Below, piece after piece: positions 7,835-16,867 of a stretch of 64,000 nt of DNA; the stretch's first letter is position 1; each line of letters starts with the position of its first letter. The position numbers and the translations under genes are program-made. The notes under the pieces are model-generated. The model saw only the letters and a program-made list of their open reading frames with translations. It was not told where the DNA came from and did no database searches. The stretch lies in the IMG/VR virus record IMGVR_UViG_3300028048_000124, positions 1-64,000 of that record; one strand, given 5' to 3'. The DNA comes from a virus (taxonomy: Duplodnaviria; Caudoviricetes).

Positions 7835-8319
7835 TCACTTAATTTAGCATCGTCTTCGTCCGAGTAGTGGGCATAGGCACGCTTGGCTGCCTCTTCCTGC
7901 CTGACTTGGCTGAAGTTGCTAACCCTCTTGAGGTAACCGATGATTCTCGTCGCGTAATCGACGTTTTTGGAACCGCAATTCGGGCACTCGTGGAGCATTC
8001 TCTTGTCGATGTGTCCGCACTCGTTGCAAATCGTGTTCGGGATGTTGTAGGTGAAGTAATTGCACCCGGCCTTTACAGCGACGTCCATTAGTTTCCTATA
8101 GGCCGCCTTGGTCAGATGGCTATCGAGGTTGCAATGCAACGCGACTCCGCCATCACATTCTGTGGCGAACCCGTTTCCCTGGTAGAAGAACTTCTTGGTC
8201 GGGCTGATGGATTTGTCCTCGACGGGATAGAAGTAGGAATTGTATAGGTTCCTGTTCTTGTTGACGACGTATCCGTCTTCCTTGTCCCATTTATACAACT
8301 TGGCACCTGCGTTTTCTGC
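7831..8319 (-). CDS. nrdD: class III ribonucleotide reductase, exon 2
   Basis: AENAGAKLYKWDK..., GG...H, Zn-site CNECG/CPNCGS and glycyl-radical loop TRIIGYL. Confidence 0.9.
   Translation of the reverse strand, partial: AENAGAKLYKWDKEDGYVVNKNRNLYNSYFYPVEDKSISPTKKFFYQGNGFATECDGGVALHCNLDSHLTKAAYRKLMDVAVKAGCNYFTYNIPNTICNECGHIDKRMLHECPNCGSKNVDYATRIIGYLKRVSNFSQVRQEEAAKRAYAHYSDEDDAKLSD
7835..7849 (-). promoter_or_regulatory. repeated phage promoter-like motif (variant)
   Basis: TGCTAAATTAAGTGA within the last nrdD codons. Confidence 0.5.
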
Positions 8320-8575
8320 CTTGCTATTACTTTATGACTGATTGTTTAATCAGCGGGAAAGGTGCTTCTTTAAAGTGTCTTTACACTTGACCTCTCCTCC
8401 CCAATTTCTCTTGATGCGTTATGTTTGGGGGTTAGACTGTTGCATCTACACATCATGTGTAGTCGGCTCATTCAGTCGTTGTAGGTGAACTTATCTTCCT
8501 AGGCGTTGCCTTCGTCAAGGGTTTCGCCGTATATTAGAGTCGATTTTAGATTCCCACAAATTATTTTAGAAGGCT
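8320..8575 (-). mobile_element. group I self-splicing intron in nrdD (256 nt, no endonuclease ORF)
   Basis: Removal restores ELIP|AENAG in frame. The 5' exon ends in U and the intron ends in G. P1 is AUUCCU with GGGAAU (terminal U-G). P7 is GACUG/CAGUC. P8 hairpin is CUACACA/UGUGUAG. Confidence 0.9.
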
Positions 8576-9961
8576 AGGAATCAATTCTGTGTTGTATCTG
8601 TGGTGTGCGTCCCTGTCCGCCGTGTTGACGGCCTTGATTGTCCCGAGGATGTCCCTTGCGAATTGCCTGTACCCCTCGTCGTTTGGGTCGGTCTTGATTC
8701 CGAGGTATTCCGCACCCTCGATGAATCCGTTGACGCCAACCGTGAGAAATTGCTTATCCAAATCGATGAACCCGGCGGTGTATACCGTTAGCATCCCTGA
8801 TTCGAAGTCATCCCAAATCTTCGAGTTCCAGGCGGATAGGTATTTATGGACCCTGGAGACGATTGGCTTGAGGTAATCGCTGAGCGAGACCTTTCTGCCT
8901 TCCCTGTCCCAGTTTTGGACGATTCTGTTGATGTTCAACGTGACGACGCACTTCGAACCGGTCTCGACGCCACCGGCCCCCAACGTATAGGAGAACACGT
9001 TGTCCTCGACCTCGTTTCTGAGTCTGCAGCACGATGCCAAGGCATCAACTGAGTCAGATTGGTACATGAAGAACGAATGCCCTTCAGACCACATCTCGGC
9101 GAAGAAGTCGGCCATCTCCTCATCCTTGTATTTTCCGTTCTCGACGAGGATGTTCGCGGTTTCGACCGGGAACGTTAGAACCTCCCTGGTTCTTTCCTTG
9201 TTGAACCATTTCATGAACAACTTCTGCAATTCCTTGGTGGTTTCCCAGCACGGCATATCAAAGTCGGGGAAGAAGAAATCCTTGAAGATGCTTTCGAAAT
9301 AGTATTTGTCGAAATACGCGATGTTGATGAACGGGGATTGGTAGTTCCTCGCACCGGCCGGTTGGTTGATTGAATAGACGAACTGTTGGAACCAATCCTC
9401 GATTTTGTGCTTCAACGTGAATTTATGTTCACCCACGCTCTCGACGATGTCGTCAAGGTGCTCGATGTAATCCTGACCGTAGTCGAGACGTAGGAAATGG
9501 TCAAAGTAGGTGAGGAACTCAGGGATTGCCACGGCACCGGCGAACTGACCGGCCACCAAGAACAATAGGTTTATGATTCCGCCGATGAAACTGTTTGCGT
9601 GCGTAGGTGCCGAACTTGAGCCACCCAAGTCCCTAAGGCCGTTCCTTAGATAAGGATACAGCGATATGCTTGCGCAATACGGGAATAGGGAAGACTCGTC
9701 GTTTTGGTAGATGATGTGGTTCCTTAGGTCCTCTAGGTATTTGTCCGAGATTTCCTTTCCGAAGTCCCTTTCCAGATAGTTGCAGGTGATTGTCCTTCTT
9801 AGGTCGATGATGTCCTTCTTGCCTAATTCGCATTGCAACGTTGCGATGTTCTTTTGGGTAACGTTCGCGTTTGAATCGAACTTGGACCCTGTTGCGGCGT
9901 TCTTCGCCGACTTATATTCCTCAATGAATTTGAGTTTTCTTGCGATTGTCCGTGAATCCAT
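8576..9961 (-). CDS. nrdD: class III ribonucleotide reductase, exon 1 (spliced product 624 aa, no ATP cone)
   Basis: YCASISL, QFAGAVA, SPFINI, TFPVET, ASCCRL, VVTLN, TVGVNG motifs of NrdD. Confidence 0.9.
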
Positions 9962-9963
9962 AA

Positions 9964-10302
9964 TTACATGCCCTTTCTGCCGTTGATGTAGTCAATCATC
10001 GGTTTTCCGGTCAATAACTCACCGTTGACTTCCAGCGTCGGCGTGTGAAGGATTCCCCTCTTTTGCATTTCCGCGATATCCGTCACGCTCTCGTAATCGA
10101 TTGCGGAACGGTTGAGCAGCGACTCAATGGTTCTGCATTGGCCGCAACTCGCCTGATGGTAAAACACTACCTTGTCCATCGTCTTCCTCCTATCTTTGTA
10201 CTCAAGGCTCTCACAGGCCTCGATTGCATCTGAATAACTCCTAAGTTCCCCTTTGGTCATACCAAGGACCAAATCCGACATAAAAGCCTCTTCGTTGAAC
10301 AT
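9964..10302 (-). CDS. glutaredoxin/NrdH-like redoxin; two possible starts (10302 and 10179)
   Basis: SCGQC (CxxC) and TPTLEVNG (cis-Pro). Both ATGs have strong SDs. Confidence 0.8.
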   Translation of the reverse strand: MFNEEAFMSDLVLGMTKGELRSYSDAIEACESLEYKDRRKTMDKVVFYHQASCGQCRTIESLLNRSAIDYESVTDIAEMQKRGILHTPTLEVNGELLTGKPMIDYINGRKGM

Positions 10303-10320
10303 CTTTTCTCCTCTTTCTTT

Positions 10321-10429
10321 CACACAAGGCGTTAACAAAATACAGCACATGCCATATGATTTTGTGCATAAACTATAAGTGTGTGTTATAACAACACGAC
10401 AGGCGTGTTGTGGTGACTCTCCTGTGTGC
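10321..10429 (-). ncRNA. possible structured 5' leader of the RNR operon
   Basis: CACACAGG/CCUUGUGUG closing helix enclosing CAACACG/CGUGUUG, UAUAA/UUAUA and GCACA/UGUGC hairpins, located between the repeated motif and the SD. Confidence 0.4.
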
Positions 10430-10442
10430 ACTTAATTTAGCG
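10428..10442 (-). promoter_or_regulatory. repeated phage promoter-like motif (variant)
   Basis: CGCTAAATTAAGTGC upstream of the RNR operon. Confidence 0.55.
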
Positions 10443-10453
10443 GACGAGTAAGT

Positions 10454-10753
10454 CTACTTTGAGGCGAACTTCCTTTTGTACTTCGCGTACTCCCTCTCCC
10501 TAATCTTCACCAATTCATCTGGGAGGTCTCCCTCGTCGCTGAGCCAATCGAGGCTGAACGCATAGCATACGATTTTCCCGTTGGAACATAGTCTGCCTTC
10601 GTTCTTCACCCTTGTTCCGTCATAGGAATAGAGTGACGTGTGGTTTCTGTCGCAACAGAAGAACAGATAATTTTTTCCGTCCCTAACGGACGTCTTGGCA
10701 ACAAGGACTTCCCTTGTGCTGAATTTTGGCTGCCAAATAGCCTGTGCCGTCAT
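10454..10753 (-). CDS. hypothetical protein
   Basis: Start MTAQAIW at 10753 behind GAAAGGAG SD. Confidence 0.7.
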   Translation of the reverse strand: MTAQAIWQPKFSTREVLVAKTSVRDGKNYLFFCCDRNHTSLYSYDGTRVKNEGRLCSNGKIVCYAFSLDWLSDEGDLPDELVKIREREYAKYKRKFASK

Positions 10754-10780
10754 AAACGTCTCCTTTCGATATTCGCATAT

Positions 10781-10809
10781 ATTATACACGAAATGAAACA
10801 ATTAAACAA
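10781..10809 (-). promoter_or_regulatory. sigmaA-type promoter
   Basis: TTGTTT-17-TATAAT. Confidence 0.55.
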
Positions 10810-11764
10810 CCTGAAGTGTGTTCGTGTTGAATTCTACGACGGCCCTTTCATCGTCGGTCTCACAGGTGTCATATGACTTGTGATAGGCTTCCCTGGCCCT
10901 TCTGCATGCCTCCTGGGGATTGTCCCATGTGATGTCGATGACGTCCCTTAGGCATTCGCTCAGATAGACCATGTTGTTGTAAATCCAATCCGCGCTGACC
11001 TCGGCATTGCAGGCGTATCTGCATTCGTGGACTTCGCTCGGGCAGTTGTCGGAGCAGAACACGCCGTAGCCTTCGAATCCGTTTCTCTTGAAGAACGTGG
11101 CGGCGAAGCACCAAAGTGCGAACACCTTCTTCTCCTTGAGCAACGGAACCTCGTCGACACCGATGTTCCCGCCGATGAGTCCGGAAGGGCTTCCGTGCCC
11201 CAGGCATAGAATCTTGTCATGTCTCTTGATGAGTTCGTGGATTCCTTCCTTGCTTAATCCGCCGTTCCAAGATGATTTGTGGTATTCGTCCCATCCGCGG
11301 CCCTCGTAGATGATGTCCAACATCCTGGTGGTCGGGTCCGAAAGGTGGATGACCAAGGTATCAGATTTGCAAAGGGATTCGATGAGTTCCCTTTCCTTCT
11401 TCTTCTCGGCCTCGATTTCCTCCGGAGACTTCTCTTTCGGTTTGTACGAATAGTCTCCATAACCGTATGAAAGGAAATACTCATCGTCCAACCAATCGTC
11501 GTCTTTAGATGAGTTATCGACGATTCTCCTGAACTCCTTGTAGACGCTCGTGTCCTTGATTCTCAGTTTTTCGTTTTCGGTCAAAGCCTTATCGTCGAAA
11601 TCTCCGATGTAATTCCATTTGTCGTCATATACAACATACAACGAAAAATCATCCCCCGACGGAGTCTCGGTCAATACGTAACCGTCTTCTTCGAGGATGA
11701 CCTGTTCATCGATTTCGTTAAGGTTGTAACTTTCGTTTTCGGCCTTCCTGTTTTTCTTTGCCAT
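10802..11764 (-). CDS. hypothetical protein with possible clan CD (caspase/gingipain-fold) peptidase domain
   Basis: ILCLGHGSPSG and KVFALWC motifs, His then Cys, each after a hydrophobic strand. Confidence 0.4.
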   Translation of the reverse strand: MAKKNRKAENESYNLNEIDEQVILEEDGYVLTETPSGDDFSLYVVYDDKWNYIGDFDDKALTENEKLRIKDTSVYKEFRRIVDNSSKDDDWLDDEYFLSYGYGDYSYKPKEKSPEEIEAEKKKERELIESLCKSDTLVIHLSDPTTRMLDIIYEGRGWDEYHKSSWNGGLSKEGIHELIKRHDKILCLGHGSPSGLIGGNIGVDEVPLLKEKKVFALWCFAATFFKRNGFEGYGVFCSDNCPSEVHECRYACNAEVSADWIYNNMVYLSECLRDVIDITWDNPQEACRRAREAYHKSYDTCETDDERAVVEFNTNTLQVV

Positions 11765-11783
11765 GGTTCATTCCTCCTGCCCT

Positions 11784-11812
11784 ATTATACAACAATAAAA
11801 TAAACGAGTCAA
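11784..11812 (-). promoter_or_regulatory. sigmaA-type promoter
   Basis: TTGACT-17-TATAAT. Confidence 0.75.
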
Positions 11813-11823
11813 TAAATTTAGCA
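11809..11823 (-). promoter_or_regulatory. repeated phage promoter-like motif (variant)
   Basis: TGCTAAATTTATTGA overlapping a -35 box. Confidence 0.5.
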
Positions 11824-11828
11824 ATCTA

Positions 11829-13496
11829 TTACAGGCCTAGAACGTATCTGCTGAGAACCTGGAACGACTCGTCATCGAGTTTGTCGTCCACGACGAAGTC
11901 ACTCAATGCCTTCTTCCTGGCTACCAATTCGGCGACCGTTTCGTCGACGGTGTCCTTACATATTAAGTTATATATGAACACCGGGTTCTTCTGCCCGATT
12001 CTGTGGATTCTGTCGCACGTCTGCTCGAATAACGCGGATGTGTACGCGGTATCCAAATGAATCATATATGACGCGGCGGTAAGCGTGACACCGGTGCCCA
12101 TACGCTGCCAAGTGCAAAGCATGATTTTGCTATTGGGATTCCCCTGGAACTGGGTTATGTTCCTTTCGATTTCATAATCCTTGACGTCGCCTGTGCACAA
12201 CAGCGGCTTATAATCCTTAAGCCTGTCTGCGATTATGCTTAACGGCTCCTTGAACGTGGACATCACGACCACCTTGTCCCCCTGGGCGATTATCTGCTCA
12301 ATCAGGTCTATGCACCTCTCTACCTTGCTCGACTTTATGTTGTTCGTGGTCAAGATGGTTGGACAGACCGTCGCCTGTCTCAGCCTGGTAATCATTGACA
12401 ACAGGTTATTTGGGTGGAGTCTGACCTTATCCACTTCCCTCTTGAGACCATTACACACATCGGAGTAGAACCTCGCCTGGTCGTCGTTCATGTCCACGAT
12501 TTCGTTGATTACCGTTTTCTCCGGCAAATCAAGCAAATCCTTCGTCCTTCTGAGCGAACAGCAATCCAACTCGTCCTTAAGCAAATCGAGGTTCTTGTAT
12601 CCAACGACCTCGTGTCCGCTTACGCCGCCGTAGACGCAATACTGGGCCTCGAACGTCCCCAGCGTGGCTGAATCGTTGTCGGTCCATTTAAGAGGCACGA
12701 ACAAATCGGTCGGCTTATTGAGCATCGGGGTTCCTGTCAATCCAATCTTGTATTTGGCATCCAACTTAAGCAACCCCTTGCCCTGCTGTGATTCGGAATC
12801 CTTGCACTTATGGCATTCGTCGACGACAATCATGTCAATCTTGTTCTTGGACTTCTTGAACGCCTTAATCATCCTTTCGTCCCTGAACGATTCTATGTTC
12901 GTGATGATGAAGAACTCGTCGATTGGGTTCTTGAGTTGCTCGGCCCTCTTCTCGATTGAATCGTAGACCACTGAGCCCGTCGAAGTCACCCTTTCGCCGA
13001 GAATCACGCACGTCTCGTCGCTGTGTTTCTCTATTTCCCTCTTCCAGTTCGTCTTAAGCGTGTTGACGCAGCAAATCACCAAGCAGTGGGAAATCCCCCT
13101 CTGGGCCTTCAACTCGCGTGCCAGGCCTATCATCTGGGCCGTCTTACCCAAGCCCATCTCATCGAGCAACAGCCACTTGTCAGAACCAAGTCCATATTTG
13201 ATTCCCTCCTCCTGGTATTTGGAGAGTTTCAACTTGTAGTCCTGCGTCAGTTCATGCTCTTCCCTCTCGTCATCGTATTCGAGTACCTTAAGTTCGACGT
13301 CGTCGATATGCGAGAAATAGTCAATCATGTCGGCGAGTTCTAGAAGAGGGAGTTCCCACGCCTTGAGTTCCGGATGGTAATATGAAACCCTAAATGACTT
13401 CAGGTAATTGACTATGTCCTGCCTAAAGGAAAAGGTGACAAATACCGAGTATCTGCCACTTACCTTCATCGGTTTCGCTACCGTTAGGTTAATCAT
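11829..13496 (-). CDS. SNF2-family helicase/translocase
   Basis: LLLDEMGLGKT, VVDECHKCK, LTGTP, GTGVTLTAAS, QTCDRIHRIGQ. Confidence 0.92.
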   Translation of the reverse strand: MINLTVAKPMKVSGRYSVFVTFSFRQDIVNYLKSFRVSYYHPELKAWELPLLELADMIDYFSHIDDVELKVLEYDDEREEHELTQDYKLKLSKYQEEGIKYGLGSDKWLLLDEMGLGKTAQMIGLARELKAQRGISHCLVICCVNTLKTNWKREIEKHSDETCVILGERVTSTGSVVYDSIEKRAEQLKNPIDEFFIITNIESFRDERMIKAFKKSKNKIDMIVVDECHKCKDSESQQGKGLLKLDAKYKIGLTGTPMLNKPTDLFVPLKWTDNDSATLGTFEAQYCVYGGVSGHEVVGYKNLDLLKDELDCCSLRRTKDLLDLPEKTVINEIVDMNDDQARFYSDVCNGLKREVDKVRLHPNNLLSMITRLRQATVCPTILTTNNIKSSKVERCIDLIEQIIAQGDKVVVMSTFKEPLSIIADRLKDYKPLLCTGDVKDYEIERNITQFQGNPNSKIMLCTWQRMGTGVTLTAASYMIHLDTAYTSALFEQTCDRIHRIGQKNPVFIYNLICKDTVDETVAELVARKKALSDFVVDDKLDDESFQVLSRYVLGL

Positions 13497-13803
13497 TTTC
13501 TTCCTTCAATTCCGTTCTGTCTTCGTTGAAGACCGGTGATTTGTAATCGTGTTCGAAATCGTGGATGTCGCATTTATCGGTGACGAACCCCATATGGCAT
13601 TCGACCTTGAACGTGTGGTTGCAGTAATCGCAAGTGTATTCCTCTTCGTACTTCGGCATTTCGCCCAACGTGTGTTCTATCTTGCCAGATTCCGATTTGG
13701 TTATGTCGAAGGCACCGTCCAAAAGGTCCTCCGGAAAGTAAACCTCGCTGGGCATGTATTCGGCTCCGCAATAAGGGCATTTGATGATTCCTTTTGTTTC
13801 CAT
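13489..13803 (-). CDS. zinc-ribbon protein
   Basis: CPYCG and CDYCN pairs. Confidence 0.7.
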   Translation of the reverse strand: METKGIIKCPYCGAEYMPSEVYFPEDLLDGAFDITKSESGKIEHTLGEMPKYEEEYTCDYCNHTFKVECHMGFVTDKCDIHDFEHDYKSPVFNEDRTELKEEND

Positions 13804-13892
13804 GATAATTAAAAATCCTGCTTATATACCTTTCTGATATATTATACAGGATTTTAAGATAAAATATAAATATATTTTATTCGTATTGTGTA

Positions 13893-16319
13893 TTACCAGT
13901 ATACAGGTTTGCCCAATTTTCTAAAATATAGAATATAGGGTTTATTGGCATCAATATGTGAATTTGATGTATCTATTAAATTGGTTAAATTTACCGTCTC
14001 CGGTGAGCCCACAGGGGCAGCCGATTGGGAAGATGGCGTATGTGCGTATAATACCAGGCCAGTTCCACTTCCACTAATACTTCCTGAATATTGGTATTCA
14101 ATACCAAAAGTTACATCACACCCTGTTCCACCGAACTCCGGTATATAAGCACCATAACACTTCAATCTTCCATTCTCCCCGGACCCATATATAGTATCAG
14201 GAAGGACATGTGACGGCGGTACAGAAAATGTTCCGAGTGGAATAATATGACTCATGGCTGGATGTGGGTTATACCAACTTTGGCCCACTCCATTTCTCCT
14301 TATTACAAGAACAAACTCGAACGTTGCACCCGAACCGGAGGAGGAACCCATGTCTACAAAACCATCAAACGGTCCAGTATCAATCAAATAATTGCCATAG
14401 ACTTCATTAATTTTGTCAACATATGACCAAGACCCATCGAAAGGATTTGCCGTAAACACCCTAGGCACGGGAATTCCAGGGTTATATTTTTTGCCAATCA
14501 ATATAAGTCCAATTTTAGAACCTGTTACTTGACTTCCATCATAATCAACCGAGTACACATCCATGCTCTCATGTCCCGATGATATAGTATTAAACAACAA
14601 CTCGCTGAAAATAAATGCGGGAGACCTATTTCCAGACGCCGATACTGTTTTTGATAATCCGAACCTACAGAGAAACACCCTCGGCGTAGCAGCAGCAATG
14701 GTCGTTGATGCCGTATCTCTTATGACAACGACGAACGGAACTGTCGAGTTTGGAATATTTGCGGCCCCAGAATTCTTCTCTTGCTCAGACAATTTCGAGT
14801 ATAATTCCGACAATGTAGTATCATACGTGACATATTTAGAATGTGTCGACCCGATTAATTCAGAATATACATTTATTTTTTGATTCAAATCAAGAGTATT
14901 ATTCGTACTGGAATATGGAACACTAAAAGCCTCGCCATTAATTTTGACATAATTAACCTTTGGGATATATGCGTCTCCTACCTCATTTCCTTTCCAACTC
15001 TTTATCAAATCATACCCAAGATAGATATTATGGTTTTGGAAATCACCGACCATGGCAAATGTGCCTGTTCTTGGTGAAATTGGTGCACCTGTATCCGGGT
15101 CATATTCCTCTGGCAACTCAGGAAGAGTGAACTCCCTTTCCGCCGCAGTCGAAGGTGCTTTAATCTTATTGTTGTTATTATTTCCAGGCATCAAAACGAA
15201 ATTCCCACGAGCAAGGCAATTTGCATCACTGATGATTGAGCCCGCTTCTAGGTTGCCTGGTGTGGATATTGAGCCAGCCTCTATTAGGCCTTCCGCGGTT
15301 ATTGAGCCTGCCTCTATTTCGTCTTCAGTGGTTATCGGCCCTGTCGCTGCTATTGAGCCTGCTTCTATTCTGCCGTCTGTGGTTATTTCGTCTGCCGCTA
15401 ATATTGAGCCCGCGTCTATATGGCCATCTACCGTCAAATTCTGACCTACCTGTAAGCCTCCTCTGACATACCCATCTCCATCGACAGTTAAATTGTCACC
15501 AATGGTTGCTACCTGGGCATCCAAACCACCGCGTACCTGTAAGTCTCTTGATACTTCCCCAGAACCGTTGATTGTTAAATCTCCAATAACATCAAAGTCA
15601 CCCCCAACTAATGTTCCACCGGAAATTTCCAATGGATACTCTTGGTATTGTCCAGCCTTAAGTGTAACACCGGCAACGTTTAATTCGTCAGTTGTGAATT
15701 TTCTATGGATTGGGCTTCCGTCTGTGTTCTTGACGGCAGAAGAAGGAAGAATCAGTTTCGATTTTTCTGGGATTTCCCACTTAGATGATGTGGAATTGTA
15801 TTCCAACAATGCCAACGTATATTTCGTGCTGGCTGCCATCGGCTGGGTTCCCCTGGTGATTGCGACGCCTCCGAACTTCGCGACGTCGCCGGAGATGTTA
15901 TCCAACGGCGCACCTGTTGTGGTTGAACCTGACGCGTCAGTGCTGACCAACGTGAATGCTTTGTATTTCGTGTTCGAGCCTTCGTCATTCGTGAATGGCA
16001 AAACCTGGATTTGACCCCAAATGGTGTCGCCGTTCGATGGGTCTGAGAATAAGTCTGAATAATCGCTTGCGCTCAACGTTGCCTTGAAATAGTATCCGTG
16101 AATCAGGAAAATCAAAACCTTTGACGTCGAATTCCAAGAAACCACGAAACTTCCGGATTTGCTTCCTACGGCCGCATAGTTGTCATTACCTAAGAGCCTG
16201 AACCTGTTCGTTAGGTTGAATTCTGTATTGAGCCTTGATTCGGGATTGTAATTACTGGTTCCTACTTTGTCCCTAAACGCCGTAGGATATACTTGGATGT
16301 GTTCGCTCTTAATTTTCAT
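13893..16319 (-). CDS. tail fibre / receptor-binding protein
   Basis: Last gene of the baseplate operon. Beta-repeats G.L.V.G and (I/L)(E/D)AGSI. AT-rich C-terminal part. Confidence 0.7.
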   Translation of the reverse strand: MKIKSEHIQVYPTAFRDKVGTSNYNPESRLNTEFNLTNRFRLLGNDNYAAVGSKSGSFVVSWNSTSKVLIFLIHGYYFKATLSASDYSDLFSDPSNGDTIWGQIQVLPFTNDEGSNTKYKAFTLVSTDASGSTTTGAPLDNISGDVAKFGGVAITRGTQPMAASTKYTLALLEYNSTSSKWEIPEKSKLILPSSAVKNTDGSPIHRKFTTDELNVAGVTLKAGQYQEYPLEISGGTLVGGDFDVIGDLTINGSGEVSRDLQVRGGLDAQVATIGDNLTVDGDGYVRGGLQVGQNLTVDGHIDAGSILAADEITTDGRIEAGSIAATGPITTEDEIEAGSITAEGLIEAGSISTPGNLEAGSIISDANCLARGNFVLMPGNNNNNKIKAPSTAAEREFTLPELPEEYDPDTGAPISPRTGTFAMVGDFQNHNIYLGYDLIKSWKGNEVGDAYIPKVNYVKINGEAFSVPYSSTNNTLDLNQKINVYSELIGSTHSKYVTYDTTLSELYSKLSEQEKNSGAANIPNSTVPFVVVIRDTASTTIAAATPRVFLCRFGLSKTVSASGNRSPAFIFSELLFNTISSGHESMDVYSVDYDGSQVTGSKIGLILIGKKYNPGIPVPRVFTANPFDGSWSYVDKINEVYGNYLIDTGPFDGFVDMGSSSGSGATFEFVLVIRRNGVGQSWYNPHPAMSHIIPLGTFSVPPSHVLPDTIYGSGENGRLKCYGAYIPEFGGTGCDVTFGIEYQYSGSISGSGTGLVLYAHTPSSQSAAPVGSPETVNLTNLIDTSNSHIDANKPYILYFRKLGKPVYW

Positions 16320-16330
16320 GTGCAATCTCC

Positions 16331-16867
16331 TTATTTATTTGAAACCCTTAACGACCACGTTAGGATTATGTTTGATTTTCCGTCTGCCTCAATATTGTCG
16401 AATGCTCCATCTTCATCGAACAACGTGACCCAGGCGCAACAGCCACTCAAATCGTCCCACCTAGCATTTGAATTATATAGCCTCAGGTGGTTTATCTTTG
16501 CACCGGATGAAACGGTTGAGAACGGTACGACGAACTTATATGTGCAAACACTGTATTCGTCATCCTGTCCGGATGGTGACGTGGTTGTCCCGACCTCGGT
16601 GTACGGAATTGGTGTCAACGATACAGCCTCTGCCCCGCTCATCGACGACGGGTTATTTGTGAATCCAATCATCAGGAACTTAGGTGCGGCGTCATATTGT
16701 CCGGACGAGAAGTTTCCGGCCAAACACTTCGCTATGAAGGTGAATAGTGGAAGCCTTCCGGCATTCTTGGCGGTGACGTGCTTTATCACCTTGTCACCCC
16801 TCACCAGTTTTATATCGACTACCCCGGAATATCCGAGATTGTTTTCAGATACGATTGCGTTCTTCAT
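16331..16867 (-). CDS. baseplate/tail-fibre attachment protein
   Basis: Position between wedge and fibre genes, all-beta character, INHLRLY motif. Confidence 0.55.
   Translation of the reverse strand: MKNAIVSENNLGYSGVVDIKLVRGDKVIKHVTAKNAGRLPLFTFIAKCLAGNFSSGQYDAAPKFLMIGFTNNPSSMSGAEAVSLTPIPYTEVGTTTSPSGQDDEYSVCTYKFVVPFSTVSSGAKINHLRLYNSNARWDDLSGCCAWVTLFDEDGAFDNIEADGKSNIILTWSLRVSNK

Noticed and set aside
10340-10400. NrdR boxes upstream of the RNR operon
   Set aside because: No convincing match to the acaCwAtATaTwGtg palindrome. The region is better explained by RNA hairpins.
13893-16319. Diversity-generating retroelement target in the tail fibre
   Set aside because: No template/variable repeat pair differing at adenines and no reverse transcriptase were seen in the window.
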